From NCBI GenBank assembly GCA_015659035.1, contig DQNS01000028.1, positions 8,711 through 72,710 of the forward strand: DNA of 64,000 nt, read 5' to 3'. Every line of letters begins with the position of its first letter. Position 1 is the stretch's first letter. Positions 1-9,504 of this stretch are shown one piece after another. Position numbers and translations under genes: made by a program. The notes under the pieces are model-generated. The model ran no database searches. It was not told the DNA's origin and was given only the letters and a program-made list of their open reading frames with translations. This DNA is from Acidobacteriota bacterium (GTDB lineage: Bacteria; Acidobacteriota; Vicinamibacteria; Vicinamibacterales; UBA8438).

Positions 1-464
1 GAGCCGAACTCCACCTGCACCGGCCCGCGCTCGGCCGCAATCGCCTCCTGGATCAACCCGAACATCCGCTCGGCGAGCCCGTGCCCGTACACGAAGTTGT
101 CCGGATTGATCTGGATCGGCGCGTTGTGGTTGTGCGTGGCCAGCAGGATCAACCGCGACGGGTCGATGCCCAGCTCGGTGCGCACCCGCTGCCGCAGGAT
201 GGGGGTGGCGACATCCAGACAGTTCAGGTCGTAGGTGACGAAGACCAGCCGGCTGCCACCGTCGTTGAGCACCAGCACCCGCGCGTGGATGTCCTCCTTG
301 GTGCCTTGCGACATCCGGCCGTTCACCATGACGAGCGATGCATCGTTGGTGATCACCCCCTTGGCGGTGCCGGCGGTCATCGTCTGTGCCGACGCCGCGC
401 CGGCCAGACCGAGCACGGTGCTCAGGACCCCCAATGTGACGAGCCGGTTCATCACGGATGTCAT
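1..464 (-). CDS. neutral/alkaline ceramidase-like hydrolase, N-terminal part (gene continues past the window start)
   Basis: Not in the ORF track because it is open at the window edge. Minus-strand translation from ATG 464 gives MTSVMNRLVTLGVLSTVLGLAGAASAQ (signal peptide) ...ARVLVLNDGGSRLVFVTYDLNCLD...LLATHNHNAP. A GAGGAG RBS lies about 7 nt upstream. The layout parallels the paralog at 3695..4990. Confidence 0.5.
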   Translation of the reverse strand, partial: MTSVMNRLVTLGVLSTVLGLAGAASAQTMTAGTAKGVITNDASLVMVNGRMSQGTKEDIHARVLVLNDGGSRLVFVTYDLNCLDVATPILRQRVRTELGIDPSRLILLATHNHNAPIQINPDNFVYGHGLAERMFGLIQEAIAAERGPVQVEFG

Positions 465-493
465 CTGTTGTTTCTCCTCTGCTGGCGGGCGCT

Positions 494-596
494 GTCAGAA
501 GTCAGAAGACAGAAGTCATTAATGAAGCCGGATGGCTTCGCCGGCTCTTGTTCAACCTCACAGCGCCTGAAGCCCAAAGCCTATAGCCCATAGCCG
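494..596. repeat. two tandem heptanucleotide arrays: family A (CTYCTGN, 3 units, 494-518) and family B (GCTWYNG, 4 units, 565-596), both read on the minus strand
   Basis: Minus strand reads TGACTTC TGTCTTC TGACTTC and GCTATGG GCTATAG GCTTTGG GCTTCAG. A GAAGCC-GGAT-GGCTTC hairpin at 524-539 sits between the two arrays. Confidence 0.7.
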
Positions 597-603
597 ACGA
601 GCG

Positions 604-3600
604 TCAGTGATTGTGCTGCTGCAGATACGCCAGCAGGTCCGCCAGATCGCCGGCGTCCAGCCCCTGTTCGAGGCCATCGGGCATCAGCGACAGCCCGTCG
701 GTCCGCATCTCGCTGATCTCGCTCCGCAGGATCGTCTCCGTGTCGCCGTCGGCGCGCGCCAGCGTGACGCTGCTCGGTGTTTCACCGGTGATGATACCGT
801 TCGTGAGCTCGCCGGTGACCGTGTCGACCTGGTAGTTGGTGTACTCCGGCGCGATGGCGGCATTCGGGTCGACGATAGAGGTCAACAGATCCTCCGAGCC
901 CTTGGTGAACGCCATGCCGAGATCCGGTCCCACCGCATGGCCCTGCCCCTGGAAGAAGTGACACGGCGCGCACAGCGTCTGAAAGTGCGCCTCGCCTCGC
1001 CTGGCGTTCCCCCGCCGACCCAGCACGTCCGGCAGCAGCCGGTCGACCGTCTCGCGCCGGTTGCTGAACTCGTGGTCGCCGAACAATGCCGCGGCGCGCC
1101 GCTGCAGGTCCGCGGTAGATCGTCGCAGCAGCCGCCGCCGCTGCTCCAGGTCGAGGTTCAGCTCGCCCACTCGCAACGCGCCGGTCTCGAGCGCCACGAT
1201 CAGTGGCTCGTGGAAGGCCCGGGTCCGCAGCAGCATCCCCAGCGCGATGGTGCGCACCTCTGGACCGTAGCGTCGCCACCCCTCGAGCACCGCCTGCCCC
1301 CGCCCCTCCGCAGTCGGATCGGCCAGCCCGGCCAGGGCGTTCGTGGCTGCCACCTGCACCTCGAGCGGCGACCGCGGCTCCATCAGGGCGAGCAGCGTCG
1401 CACCAACCTGGGCATAGGTGTCGAGGGCCAGCAGCGCGATCTCCTCGACCCGCCGGTCGACCGCCAGGTCCGGATCGGCGGCGCGCTGCCGCGCGGCGGC
1501 CAGCGCGCGGTCCCGCGCCGCTGTCGCCTCGACCTCCAGGTGGGTAGCCACCCGGAGCGCCGCGCGGACCACAGGCGTGGGGGACGATGGTGCGAGCAGC
1601 GTGTTCAGATCACGTTCGATACCGGTTCCCTCGGGTGACGGCTCGCCACGCTCCAGGCCGTCGGCCAACCCATCGAGCAGCGCGACGCGCCAGCGGTCGC
1701 CGAGCCCGGGCCGGCCCGCCAGGCGCAGCACGGTGCCGAGATCCGCGGGGCCGCGCGCGGTACCGGTCACCGCGGCGAGATGCCGCACGACGTCGAGCCG
1801 ACCGTCGCTGATATCCGACGTAAAGGCAGCGGCGACGTCGCTATCGCCGTCATCGCCGAGCAGACCCGACAGCACGCCGGCGGTGTCCGCAGTCAGCCCG
1901 GTCAGCACCGCATAGCGCGCCCAGCGGCTGTCGGCGTCGCGTTGCAGAATCGTCAGCAGCGCGTCCCTGGCCCTGTCGTCACCCGAGTCGCCCACGCTCA
2001 GCGCCACCTGCATCCTCACGCGCGGGTCCGGGTCGTCGGCCAGCGCCGCGACCTCCGTCAGCAGGGTGTCGTTCGCGTCGATCTCTGCTTCGGCGAGTCG
2101 CAGCGCGTTCTCGCGTACGCCGCCGCTCGGGTCCCCCAGTGCGGTCACGATCTGGTCGACCCGCAAGGCGCCGAGACCGCGCAGCGTCCAGAGCGCGTGC
2201 AGCCGCGCACGCGCCGGCGCGTCGGCGCCGAGCCGGACGGCGAGCAGCGGCCCCGCGGCCTGATCCTGTCGCTCGACCAGCAGTCGCTGCGCCGTGTCGC
2301 GCCGCCACTTGTTGGGGGAGGCCAGGATGTCGACGAGCGTGGCGAGCGTGGCGTCACCGAGCCGGGGCGTGCCCGAGGCGGGCAGCCCCTCGGCGGGCAC
2401 GATGCGGTAGATGCGTCCCTTGTCGTCGCCGGCGCGGACGTCGAGCGTCTCCTCGACCGCGTCGGGGATCCACTCGGGGTGCTCGATCACCGCGCGGTGC
2501 ATGTCGACGACATACAGCCCGCCGTGCGGACCGGTGGCCAGCGTGACCGGCCGGAACCAGGTGTCGCGCCCGCCGAGCAACTCCGCCTCCGTCTCGTGCC
2601 GGCTCGCCGTGAAGCTGGGACCGTGTGGCGTCAGGACATCCTGGTGCACCAGGTTCACCACCACGTCGTTCACGAACAGGCTGCCCTCGAAGGGCGCCGG
2701 CAGCGCGCCGCCGCCGTAATAGCCGATCCCGGACCCGCCCGAGAAGCGCCCGGCCTGCTCGGGATGATTGACCCGTGTCTGGGGCGGTGACACCTGGTAG
2801 AGCATCGCGGAGCTCTCGTGGTCTGACACCATATCGCGCGTCGTCGGCACCGCGAGCCACGGGTTGCGTGTCAGATACCAGGTCGGAAACACCATGTGTT
2901 GGACGTGGTTCAGGTTGTGGGTGCCGAACATCCGGCCCCAGGCATCGAACGCGATTCCATGCCCGCCCGTCGTCTCGTAGGAGACCTCCAGCTCGCCGGT
3001 GTCCGGTCGAAACCGGAAGTCCATGCCGCGGATCGACACGGCGTCATCGGGCGCGCCGGCCGGGTGCCCGCTGCCGTGGTTGCCGCCGTTGGCGGCATAG
3101 ACCCAGTTGTCGAGCCCCCAGGTCAGCCCGTTGATGTTGTGCTGCGTGTTGCCGACCGGGAACCCGGTGAACAGCGGCTCGCGGCGGTCGGCGACGTCGT
3201 CGCCGTCGGTGTCCTCGAGAAAGAGGATGTGGGGCGGCGCGGTCACCAGCACGCCGCCACGCCAGGGCAGGACCGAGGTCGGATGCTGAAGCCCGGCGGC
3301 GAAGAGCGACACCGTTTCGTAGTAGCCGTCGCCGTCGGTGTCGTCGAGCAGCTTCACCCGGCCGAGCGGCCCCGACCCCTCGGGACGCATCGGGTAGTCT
3401 CCCATCTCGACCACGTACATCCGGCCGTTGGCGTCGAAGGCAACCGCTACCGGGTCCACGACGTTCGGTTCACGTGCAGCGAGCTCGAGCCGCAATCCCT
3501 CGGGGAGCCGGGCGGTGGCGATGAACTCGTCAGGGTCGAGCGACGTGCCGTTGCCGTTGCCGCGGGCGCAGCCAAAGGCCAGCGTGAGGGCCAGTGTGGC

Positions 3601-3630
3601 CACCAAGGCGCGAGCGGTGATGATGCGCAT
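604..3630 (-). CDS. PVC-type haem-binding CxxCH protein (membrane-bound dehydrogenase domain + HEAT-like repeats + C-terminal cytochrome c domain), lipoprotein
   Basis: ORF track 604..3663. The lipobox LTLAFGC follows MRIITARALVATLA when starting at ATG 3630; GTG 3663 is an alternative start. The N-terminus has a DTDGDG/beta-propeller-like region, the centre has Ala/Leu/Arg-rich HEAT-like repeats, and the C-terminus has CAPCH followed by LSLMPDG. Confidence 0.85.
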   Translation of the reverse strand: MRIITARALVATLALTLAFGCARGNGNGTSLDPDEFIATARLPEGLRLELAAREPNVVDPVAVAFDANGRMYVVEMGDYPMRPEGSGPLGRVKLLDDTDGDGYYETVSLFAAGLQHPTSVLPWRGGVLVTAPPHILFLEDTDGDDVADRREPLFTGFPVGNTQHNINGLTWGLDNWVYAANGGNHGSGHPAGAPDDAVSIRGMDFRFRPDTGELEVSYETTGGHGIAFDAWGRMFGTHNLNHVQHMVFPTWYLTRNPWLAVPTTRDMVSDHESSAMLYQVSPPQTRVNHPEQAGRFSGGSGIGYYGGGALPAPFEGSLFVNDVVVNLVHQDVLTPHGPSFTASRHETEAELLGGRDTWFRPVTLATGPHGGLYVVDMHRAVIEHPEWIPDAVEETLDVRAGDDKGRIYRIVPAEGLPASGTPRLGDATLATLVDILASPNKWRRDTAQRLLVERQDQAAGPLLAVRLGADAPARARLHALWTLRGLGALRVDQIVTALGDPSGGVRENALRLAEAEIDANDTLLTEVAALADDPDPRVRMQVALSVGDSGDDRARDALLTILQRDADSRWARYAVLTGLTADTAGVLSGLLGDDGDSDVAAAFTSDISDGRLDVVRHLAAVTGTARGPADLGTVLRLAGRPGLGDRWRVALLDGLADGLERGEPSPEGTGIERDLNTLLAPSSPTPVVRAALRVATHLEVEATAARDRALAAARQRAADPDLAVDRRVEEIALLALDTYAQVGATLLALMEPRSPLEVQVAATNALAGLADPTAEGRGQAVLEGWRRYGPEVRTIALGMLLRTRAFHEPLIVALETGALRVGELNLDLEQRRRLLRRSTADLQRRAAALFGDHEFSNRRETVDRLLPDVLGRRGNARRGEAHFQTLCAPCHFFQGQGHAVGPDLGMAFTKGSEDLLTSIVDPNAAIAPEYTNYQVDTVTGELTNGIITGETPSSVTLARADGDTETILRSEISEMRTDGLSLMPDGLEQGLDAGDLADLLAYLQQHNH

Positions 3631-3662
3631 GGTGTTGGGCTGCGCTGTGATGACGGCACTCA

Positions 3663-3683
3663 CAGAAGTCAGAAGTCAGAAGC
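3663..3683 (-). repeat. family A tandem heptamers (CTTCTGA CTTCTGA CTTCTGT on the minus strand)
   Basis: Read directly. The array lies 33-53 nt upstream of ATG 3630. Confidence 0.7.
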
Positions 3684-3694
3684 GGGCTGCGGTC

Positions 3695-4990
3695 TCATGG
3701 CGTCCGGCTCACCTGACCGGAGAGATACGCCAGGTTGATCAGGGCCCGGTTCACGAGCAGCTCGCCCGCCCCCACCTCGACGATTGTCGAGCTGCCGGCG
3801 CCGTAGCCCCCCTGGGCGGCCGCCTTGATGGTTGGGAAATACCCCAGGTGCCCGTTCGAGTACCCGACGAAGAGCGTGTTGATCACCACGCTCTCGTCCT
3901 TGAGACGGAGCCCGTGCTCGACAAAGAACTCGCCCGGGAACGACACCAGCGCGAGGTCGGACCCGATCAGCAGCGTCTTGACCTCCGCCTCTCCCTCGCG
4001 GCCGAACCGCTCGACGTAGTCGCGCCGGACACCGGCGCGGATCGCCGGGTCGTCGATGTCCCACCGCGGGGAGATCTGGACGCGCTCGACACCGAGCGCG
4101 ATCGACTCGACGTCGGCGAAGAACAGCTCCCTTCGCACCCTGACCACCGCGGCGCCGATCGTCTCACCCATCGACCGCATCTGCTCGTAGGCCCCGTCGG
4201 CCAGCGAGGTCTTGTCCCAGAACGGGTTGATGTCGCCGGCGGCGCCCTGGAGAAACATCGCCTGACCCCCCACTCCGCGCTCGACCGCCGCCATCATCGC
4301 GCCGGGATAGTCGGCCGAGTACTCCAGGTTCTCCGGCCCGAGCACCACCGGGTGAATCGCCAGGTTGACGAGCGTGGCGATCGGATCGCCGGCCGGCGTA
4401 TCGAAGGCAACCACGGCAACCGACTTGTCAACCGGGCTGGTGGGGATACCGCGTCGGTTCTCCCAGAGCATCTCGACGGTGCCGTCGGCGCGCACGCGGC
4501 GACGGTTGTGCCCCAGGTCCACCTGACCCCACCCGACGCCGAGCCGGGCCGGTTGCAGCGCGCCGTGGGCCTCGACGATCGCCGCGATGACCTTGCGACG
4601 CAGCTCCTGGACCCACGGAGTCGCCGCGCTCGGAAAGTCGGGGACAAAGGTGGGACCGGAGTGCGTGTGCGACGAGGTGAGGAAGACGTCGTCGAAGCCG
4701 AGCGCCGCCGAGACCGAGGCGCGGACGTCACGGGTCAGCGGCTTGTCGGCGTAGCCCAGATCCATGGTGACCCAGGCCGCCGTCCGCTGCCCGTCGCTCA
4801 GGACGATCGCCTTCGCGTAGAGCGGGTCGTGCACCCCGGTCGACACGTTCTCGCCACGCGCGCCATAGCCATACATGCGCACCCCGGGTGGCGGGGTCAC
4901 ATCGGCCTTCGCCACGCCGACACGGATCTCGGCCGCGGCAGGTGCGGCCGTCAGCAACACGAGTGCGGTGACAGAGACGATTCGTCGCAT
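3695..4990 (-). CDS. neutral/alkaline ceramidase-like hydrolase (secreted)
   Basis: This is the last 432 codons of track ORF 3695..6136. The real start is ATG 4990 (MRRIVSVTALVLLTAAPAAA signal). Motifs: KADVTPPPGV..YGYG, HDPLYAKAIVL, SSHTHSGP. The start shares one base with the upstream stop (TGATG). Confidence 0.7.
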   Translation of the reverse strand: MRRIVSVTALVLLTAAPAAAEIRVGVAKADVTPPPGVRMYGYGARGENVSTGVHDPLYAKAIVLSDGQRTAAWVTMDLGYADKPLTRDVRASVSAALGFDDVFLTSSHTHSGPTFVPDFPSAATPWVQELRRKVIAAIVEAHGALQPARLGVGWGQVDLGHNRRRVRADGTVEMLWENRRGIPTSPVDKSVAVVAFDTPAGDPIATLVNLAIHPVVLGPENLEYSADYPGAMMAAVERGVGGQAMFLQGAAGDINPFWDKTSLADGAYEQMRSMGETIGAAVVRVRRELFFADVESIALGVERVQISPRWDIDDPAIRAGVRRDYVERFGREGEAEVKTLLIGSDLALVSFPGEFFVEHGLRLKDESVVINTLFVGYSNGHLGYFPTIKAAAQGGYGAGSSTIVEVGAGELLVNRALINLAYLSGQVSRTP

Positions 4991-6240
4991 CAGTGTGCCC
5001 CCCCTCCCGTCCAGGTTCCCTTCGCCACCGCCGGCACGAACGCGTCGAGTCCGTCGGGGCGAAACGACAGCGTCCGTTCCTGTTCGGCGCTCATGTAGGC
5101 GGTCATCAGCAGCTCGACCACCTCCACCCCATCGTCGAACGTCAGGTCGGGCGTCTCCCCGTGCAGGAACGCCCGGGCCATGTGCCGGTTCTCCGCCGTG
5201 TAGCCGTACTCGCCCACCTCGTCGGCCACGACCGGCATCAACCCGACCTCGGCGTTCTGCTTCTCGACCAGATCCTCGCCCGCCTCGCCGCGCACCTCGC
5301 GGCTGAAGAACAGCTTCAGCCCGCTGTCGAGCGTGTTGAAGGACATCGAGTACTCGGGCCCGAGCAGCTCCATGCTCAGCCGGAGCCCGGCGCCCACGTA
5401 GTCCCACGAGGTGCTGGCCTCGCCGACCAGGGGCGCGCCGTCGTCCGCCTCGTACTCGACCGTGACGCTGGCGAAGTCCTCGGCCGGGTGCGCGCGGTAG
5501 TTGACGCGCTCTCCCATGGTTCGCCGCAGCTTGTCGCGGTAGGCGGGCCGCGTCCACTTCAGCGAGGCGATGTGGCCCGTGATCCGCCGCGGTCGGATCG
5601 ACGCGCGCGGCGCGCCGGGCGCCGTCAGCAGATGACGCACCACCTCGATCGAGTGGCACATCATGTCGTTCAGCACACCGCCGCCCTGCAGGTCGCCGCG
5701 CCAGAACCATGGCATGTGCGGCCCGCTGTGCTCCTCGGCGGCGCGCGCCAGATAGGGCCGGCCGGTCAGGGCGGCGCCGCGCCGCCAGAGCAGCTCGCGT
5801 CCCCGGGTCACCGCGGGCGCGAAGAGCTGGTTCTCGAGATAGCCGTGGCTTAGACCGGCCTCGTCGACGAGTGTCTTGATCCGCTTCGCCTCGGCAACGG
5901 TTCGCGCCAGCGGCTTCTCGCAGGCGACGCCACGCAGCGTCGCCCCCGCCGTGAGGGCGGCGCAGATGGCGTCTATGTTCGCCACCCGCGTGTGGTTGGG
6001 TCCGCACAGCCAGACGGCGTCGACAGCCGGGTCGGCCACCAGCGCCTCGATCGACGCGAACGCGCGTGCCGCCCCCACGTCGAGGTCGCGCGCGAGCGCC
6101 GCGGCCGCCTCGGCATGCTCGTCGTTGGGGCTCCACACGCCGAGCACGTCAGCCTCGCGCACGCCGACCATCGACTGGATGTGGAACCGGGTGATGAACC
6201 CGCTGCCGATGAAGCCGATACCCAGACGATCCGAAGACAT
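4990..6240 (-). CDS. Gfo/Idh/MocA family oxidoreductase
   Basis: N-terminal Rossmann motif LGIGFIGSGFITRFH. The 416-aa ORF is coherent throughout, with a CEKPLA motif. Confidence 0.85.
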   Translation of the reverse strand: MSSDRLGIGFIGSGFITRFHIQSMVGVREADVLGVWSPNDEHAEAAAALARDLDVGAARAFASIEALVADPAVDAVWLCGPNHTRVANIDAICAALTAGATLRGVACEKPLARTVAEAKRIKTLVDEAGLSHGYLENQLFAPAVTRGRELLWRRGAALTGRPYLARAAEEHSGPHMPWFWRGDLQGGGVLNDMMCHSIEVVRHLLTAPGAPRASIRPRRITGHIASLKWTRPAYRDKLRRTMGERVNYRAHPAEDFASVTVEYEADDGAPLVGEASTSWDYVGAGLRLSMELLGPEYSMSFNTLDSGLKLFFSREVRGEAGEDLVEKQNAEVGLMPVVADEVGEYGYTAENRHMARAFLHGETPDLTFDDGVEVVELLMTAYMSAEQERTLSFRPDGLDAFVPAVAKGTWTGGGAH

Positions 6241-6283
6241 GGTCTTGATAGGCTAATGCACCGAGTTCCCCGCTTGCCCGCAG

Positions 6284-6331
6284 CAAGGCCATTTAGGGCC
6301 GCCCAAGGCCCAAGGCGAAGAGCCCAACGCC
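6284..6331 (-). repeat. degenerate family B-like heptamer array (GCCTTGG GCCTTGG ... on the minus strand)
   Basis: 7-nt periodicity is visible in caaggcc caaggcg aagagcc caacgcc. Confidence 0.4.
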
Positions 6332-6366
6332 GTCGAGTCGACGCGGTGTCCCCTCTGGTCGGCTTC

Positions 6367-7542
6367 CTATTGCTCAGCTACTCCGGTGTCGACCGCCCTG
6401 TTCACGAGCTGCTGGAACTCGACCCGGGGGTTCCTGCCGCCCGGGCTCTGCGTGAACACCATGCCGACCAGCTCGCGCGACGGGTCGACCCAGCCCATCG
6501 TGCCGTCCGAGCCGCCGTGCGAGTAAGCGCCGTTGGCGGCGATCTGCCAGCCCAGCCCGTACGAGGTCGTCTCGCTGCTCGCGATGTAGCCCTTGGTGCC
6601 GGCTGCTACCGAGTTCTCGGAGATGATCTGCGCGTCGGCGTAGCGGCCGCCGTTCAGATACATCTGCAGGAACCGGGCATAGTCGGTCGCCGTCGAGATC
6701 ATGCCGCCCGACGCCCGGACGACGGGGAAGTCTGGTGGGTCGCCCGGTGTGAACCCCTGTCGGAACTCTACGCTGCCGTCCTGCTGGCGGCGCCCGCGAT
6801 AGACGGTCGCCATCCGACTCAGCTTGGTCTCGTCCTCGTGGTTCAGCGTGTCGACCATCCCAAGCGGCTCGTAAATGCGCGTTCTCAGGAAATCCTCGAG
6901 CGGCATTCCCGAGGCGACCTCGATCACGGCCCCCAGCGTGTTGTAGCCAGCGTTGCTGTAGCTATAGGAGCTGCCCGGCTCCACCTCGGGGCCCTCCACG
7001 CCGAACCTCGTGACCGCGCCAAGCAGGGTCGGCGTCTCGTCCTCGTCGAACGGGTAGAAGATCGGGCCGATCCGGAATCCGGAGGCGTGGGTCAGTAGCT
7101 GCTGGATGGTGATGTCACGCGCCCGGACATTGTCGAACGAGTCCAGATGCGTCGCGACCCTGTCGTCGAGCGAGAGCTTGCCCTCCTCCTGGAGGATCAA
7201 CGCCGCGGTCGCGACCACCGGTTTGGTGTTCGACGCCATCCGAAAGATGGTGTCCCGCTCCATCGGCAGCTGGTACGCCTCGTGACGCCACCCGACCGCC
7301 TCCTGCATCACGATGACGCCACGGCGCGCCACCAGCAGCACGGCGCCCTTGAGCTCGTCCCGCGCGACCGCGTCCCGGTAGAGCTGCGCCGCCTCGTCGA
7401 GCAGCCCCGCATCCATGCCGACCGAGGCGGGCGAGCCGTGGGTGAGGGTAGCCGCTTCTTGCGCCGACGCGGGAACGGCCCCTAGAACGAGGGCACATGC
7501 GATCAGTCCGGCGGCAAATCGATGGTGGGTCGATGGTGTCAT
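6367..7542 (-). CDS. serine hydrolase, class C beta-lactamase-related family
   Basis: Signal peptide present. Motifs: SxxK (ASNTK), YSN (SYSYSNAGY), and HGG (SHGGSDG) in place of KTG. Confidence 0.85.
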   Translation of the reverse strand: MTPSTHHRFAAGLIACALVLGAVPASAQEAATLTHGSPASVGMDAGLLDEAAQLYRDAVARDELKGAVLLVARRGVIVMQEAVGWRHEAYQLPMERDTIFRMASNTKPVVATAALILQEEGKLSLDDRVATHLDSFDNVRARDITIQQLLTHASGFRIGPIFYPFDEDETPTLLGAVTRFGVEGPEVEPGSSYSYSNAGYNTLGAVIEVASGMPLEDFLRTRIYEPLGMVDTLNHEDETKLSRMATVYRGRRQQDGSVEFRQGFTPGDPPDFPVVRASGGMISTATDYARFLQMYLNGGRYADAQIISENSVAAGTKGYIASSETTSYGLGWQIAANGAYSHGGSDGTMGWVDPSRELVGMVFTQSPGGRNPRVEFQQLVNRAVDTGVAEQ

Positions 7543-7699
7543 TGGCGTCTCCCTGACGGACGTAATCTGTCCATATGTCTAGGAATGGAGATTATAGCTC
7601 TCGCCAAAGCCCACAGCCTGAGCGCTGGATCGCATCTTCGCTGATGACATGTGGCCGATTATGGGCTCCGGTCCGGGTCCCTGCCCCGCGGAAACCGCA

Positions 7700-7722
7700 T
7701 CGCATCCCGGCCCCGGATGCGA
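7700..7722 (-). terminator. stem-loop downstream of the PhzF-family gene (8-bp stem TCGCATCC/GGATGCGA, 7-nt loop); weak terminator candidate
   Basis: Read directly. There is no clear U-tract. Confidence 0.3.
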
Positions 7723-7746
7723 ACTGATTGATGAAGGCCGGCGTAG

Positions 7747-7779
7747 CCCTCTTGCTCCTCCTGTCTCCTGCCTCCTTGG
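7747..7779 (+). repeat. family A tandem heptamers (CTCCTGT CTCCTGC CTCCTTG on the plus strand)
   Basis: Read directly. The array sits immediately after the PhzF-family stop codon. Confidence 0.65.
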
Positions 7780-7785
7780 GAACAC

Positions 7786-8706
7786 TCAAAGATACAGCTC
7801 CCCCTCGGCCACGAGCACCGCTGCTCCGCCGACCTGCACGGATGTGATGTCCCCGTCCTTGGACGAAGACGAAATCGAGATGTGCACCCGGCTGGGACGT
7901 CCCATCTTGACCCCTTGCAGGCTGACCATCGGCGCGGTGCCCTCTGGCGAGACGGCGCCGTGGTGCACGAGGTATGCGCCGAGCGGTCCGCTGGCCCCGC
8001 CGGTCGCCGGGTCCTCCGGAATGCCGAACGCCGGCGCGAACATCCGGCTGTAGGCGGTCGCGTCGTCGTGGCCCGTTTCAAGCGAGAAGATGAAGACCGG
8101 GAGGTCATCGAGCCGGTGTCGCGCGAAGATCGGACGCATGCCGGCCAGCTCGAACGTCACGGCGTCCACGGCGCGTCGTGTCTCGAGCGGCACGAACAGC
8201 ACCGGTAGTCCGCAAGACACCACCTGGATCGGCAGACCTGTGGTGACCGCACCCGGGTCGATACCCAGGGCCGCCGCGACCCCGCCACGGTCCTCATCCT
8301 CGATGAGGGGACCGAATTCCGGGAGCGGCTGACGCATCCAGGCGAACGTCAGCTCGTCGCCGGCCCATTCCAGCGAGACTGGTGTGGGACCGATACCGAG
8401 CCCGAAGACGAGTCGGTCCCGGTCCGGTCCGATCACACCTTCACTCGCCAACGCGAAGGTGGAGCCGATTGTCGGGTGGCCCGCCAGCGGCAGCTCGCGC
8501 CGTGGCGTGAAGATGCGCATCCGGACGTCGGTGTCGCCGGTCTCCGGCGGCAGGATGAAGGTGGTTTCGGGGAACGCCATCTCGAGCGCGATCCGCTGCA
8601 TGAGGGTCGGGTCGAGCCCGGTGGCCTCCGGAAACACCGCCAGTTGGTTGCCCGCGAGCGGCTGCCGCGTGAACACGTCGTAGTGAAGGTATCGATGACC
8701 ATGCAT
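7786..8706 (-). CDS. PhzF family phenazine-biosynthesis-like isomerase
   Basis: MHGHRYLHYDVFTRQPLAGNQLAVF..ETTF is the typical PhzF N-terminus. The ORF is a full-length 306 aa. Confidence 0.85.
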   Translation of the reverse strand: MHGHRYLHYDVFTRQPLAGNQLAVFPEATGLDPTLMQRIALEMAFPETTFILPPETGDTDVRMRIFTPRRELPLAGHPTIGSTFALASEGVIGPDRDRLVFGLGIGPTPVSLEWAGDELTFAWMRQPLPEFGPLIEDEDRGGVAAALGIDPGAVTTGLPIQVVSCGLPVLFVPLETRRAVDAVTFELAGMRPIFARHRLDDLPVFIFSLETGHDDATAYSRMFAPAFGIPEDPATGGASGPLGAYLVHHGAVSPEGTAPMVSLQGVKMGRPSRVHISISSSSKDGDITSVQVGGAAVLVAEGELYL

Positions 8707-8775
8707 CTATCGATGCTAGTGTACGACCCGACCCGATGGGACGGCCTCGGTGCACGCGTGACTTTCTCGTGAGAC

Positions 8776-9213
8776 ATGGCAGGACACCAGATGAGTGAGA
8801 CCCCGACCACGCGGATCTTCCCGTTTCTTCGCTACGAGGACGCCCCCGCGGCTTTCGAGTGGCTCGCCCGGGCCTTCGGCTTCGAGAAACAGATGCTCGT
8901 GCCGGGCTCCGACGGCACGATCGCGCACGCGCAGCTGCGCTACGGCCGCAGCCTGATCATGATCGGCTCGACCCGCGACGACTTCATGGACCTGAAGAGC
9001 CCCGCCGCGGTGGGCGGTGCCACACAGGGGATCTACGTCCTCGTGGACGACGTGAACGCACATCACGACCGCGCGAAGGCGGCCGGCGCCGAGATCATCA
9101 TGGAGCTGGAGGACACCGACTACGGCTCGCGCGAATACATGGCCCGCGACCTCGAGGGGCACCTCTGGAGCTTCGGGACCTATGCGCCGGAGGTGGAGGG
9201 CAGCGGGGAGTAG
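8776..9213 (+). CDS. VOC family (glyoxalase/bleomycin-resistance, PhnB-like) protein
   Basis: IFPFLRYEDAPAAFEWLARAFGFE...HAQLRYG...DYGSREYMARDLEGHLWSFGTY. ATG 8791 is an alternative start. Confidence 0.8.
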   Translation: MAGHQMSETPTTRIFPFLRYEDAPAAFEWLARAFGFEKQMLVPGSDGTIAHAQLRYGRSLIMIGSTRDDFMDLKSPAAVGGATQGIYVLVDDVNAHHDRAKAAGAEIIMELEDTDYGSREYMARDLEGHLWSFGTYAPEVEGSGE

Positions 9214-9504
9214 GGAGGAATTGCAGCGCTGGTGACGGTCGGGGAGCGCGGTTTCTGCCCTCGTCGACTCGACGGGTCCGCTGAAAGCGTTCCGGACGAC
9301 ACGGCACGACTCCTGCGGGGAGGGTGACCAGGTCGTAGAGCTCGTGGACGTCGACCTGCGCCGCCGCCGGGGCGACCGAGCCCAGCCCGAACAGATGTGT
9401 CGCGTCATGAGGGAACCTCCAGGGGCTCGAGTATACGGGCGCTCCGCTGAACGGGAGCAAGGCCCCTTCGAGAGGCTCAGGGCAGGCCGTCAGGGTCGTT
9501 GTGG

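Noticed and set aside
3428-5098. 556-aa plus-strand ORF. Similar long ORFs occur at 5992..7098 (+), 13299..14270 (+), 14217..15101 (-), 16816..17418 (+), 18614..19612 (+), 21058..22197 (+), 22772..24610 (-), 27015..28028 (+), 27514..28704 (-), 29199..30830 (+), 33567..34850 (-), 34950..36389 (-), 39686..41341 (-), 44183..45157 (+), 54598..55518 (+), 55515..56456 (+) and 60090..61601 (+).
   Set aside because: They are antisense to, or out of frame with, genes that have clear family motifs. Their translations are Arg/Pro/Gly/Ala-rich with no recognisable motifs. This is typical shadow-ORF behaviour in high-GC DNA.
4991-6136. N-terminal extension of ORF 3695..6136 (813 aa).
   Set aside because: It overlaps the well-supported Gfo/Idh/MocA gene in another frame. 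The ceramidase-like protein has its own signal peptide starting at ATG 4990.
7592-7597. Isolated TATAAT hexamers, here (minus strand), at 33568-33573 (plus) and near 62919-62931 (minus), considered as sigma-70 promoters.
   Set aside because: None has a convincing -35 element at 16-19 nt spacing, so there is too little evidence to call promoters.
9214-9504. 291-bp gap with the 120-aa minus-strand ORF 9098..9460 (..HLFGLGSVAPAAAQVDVHELYDLVTLPAG..), considered as a gene or gene relic.
   Set aside because: No recognisable motif and no RBS. It overlaps the VOC gene's end, and the composition becomes Arg/Pro-rich.
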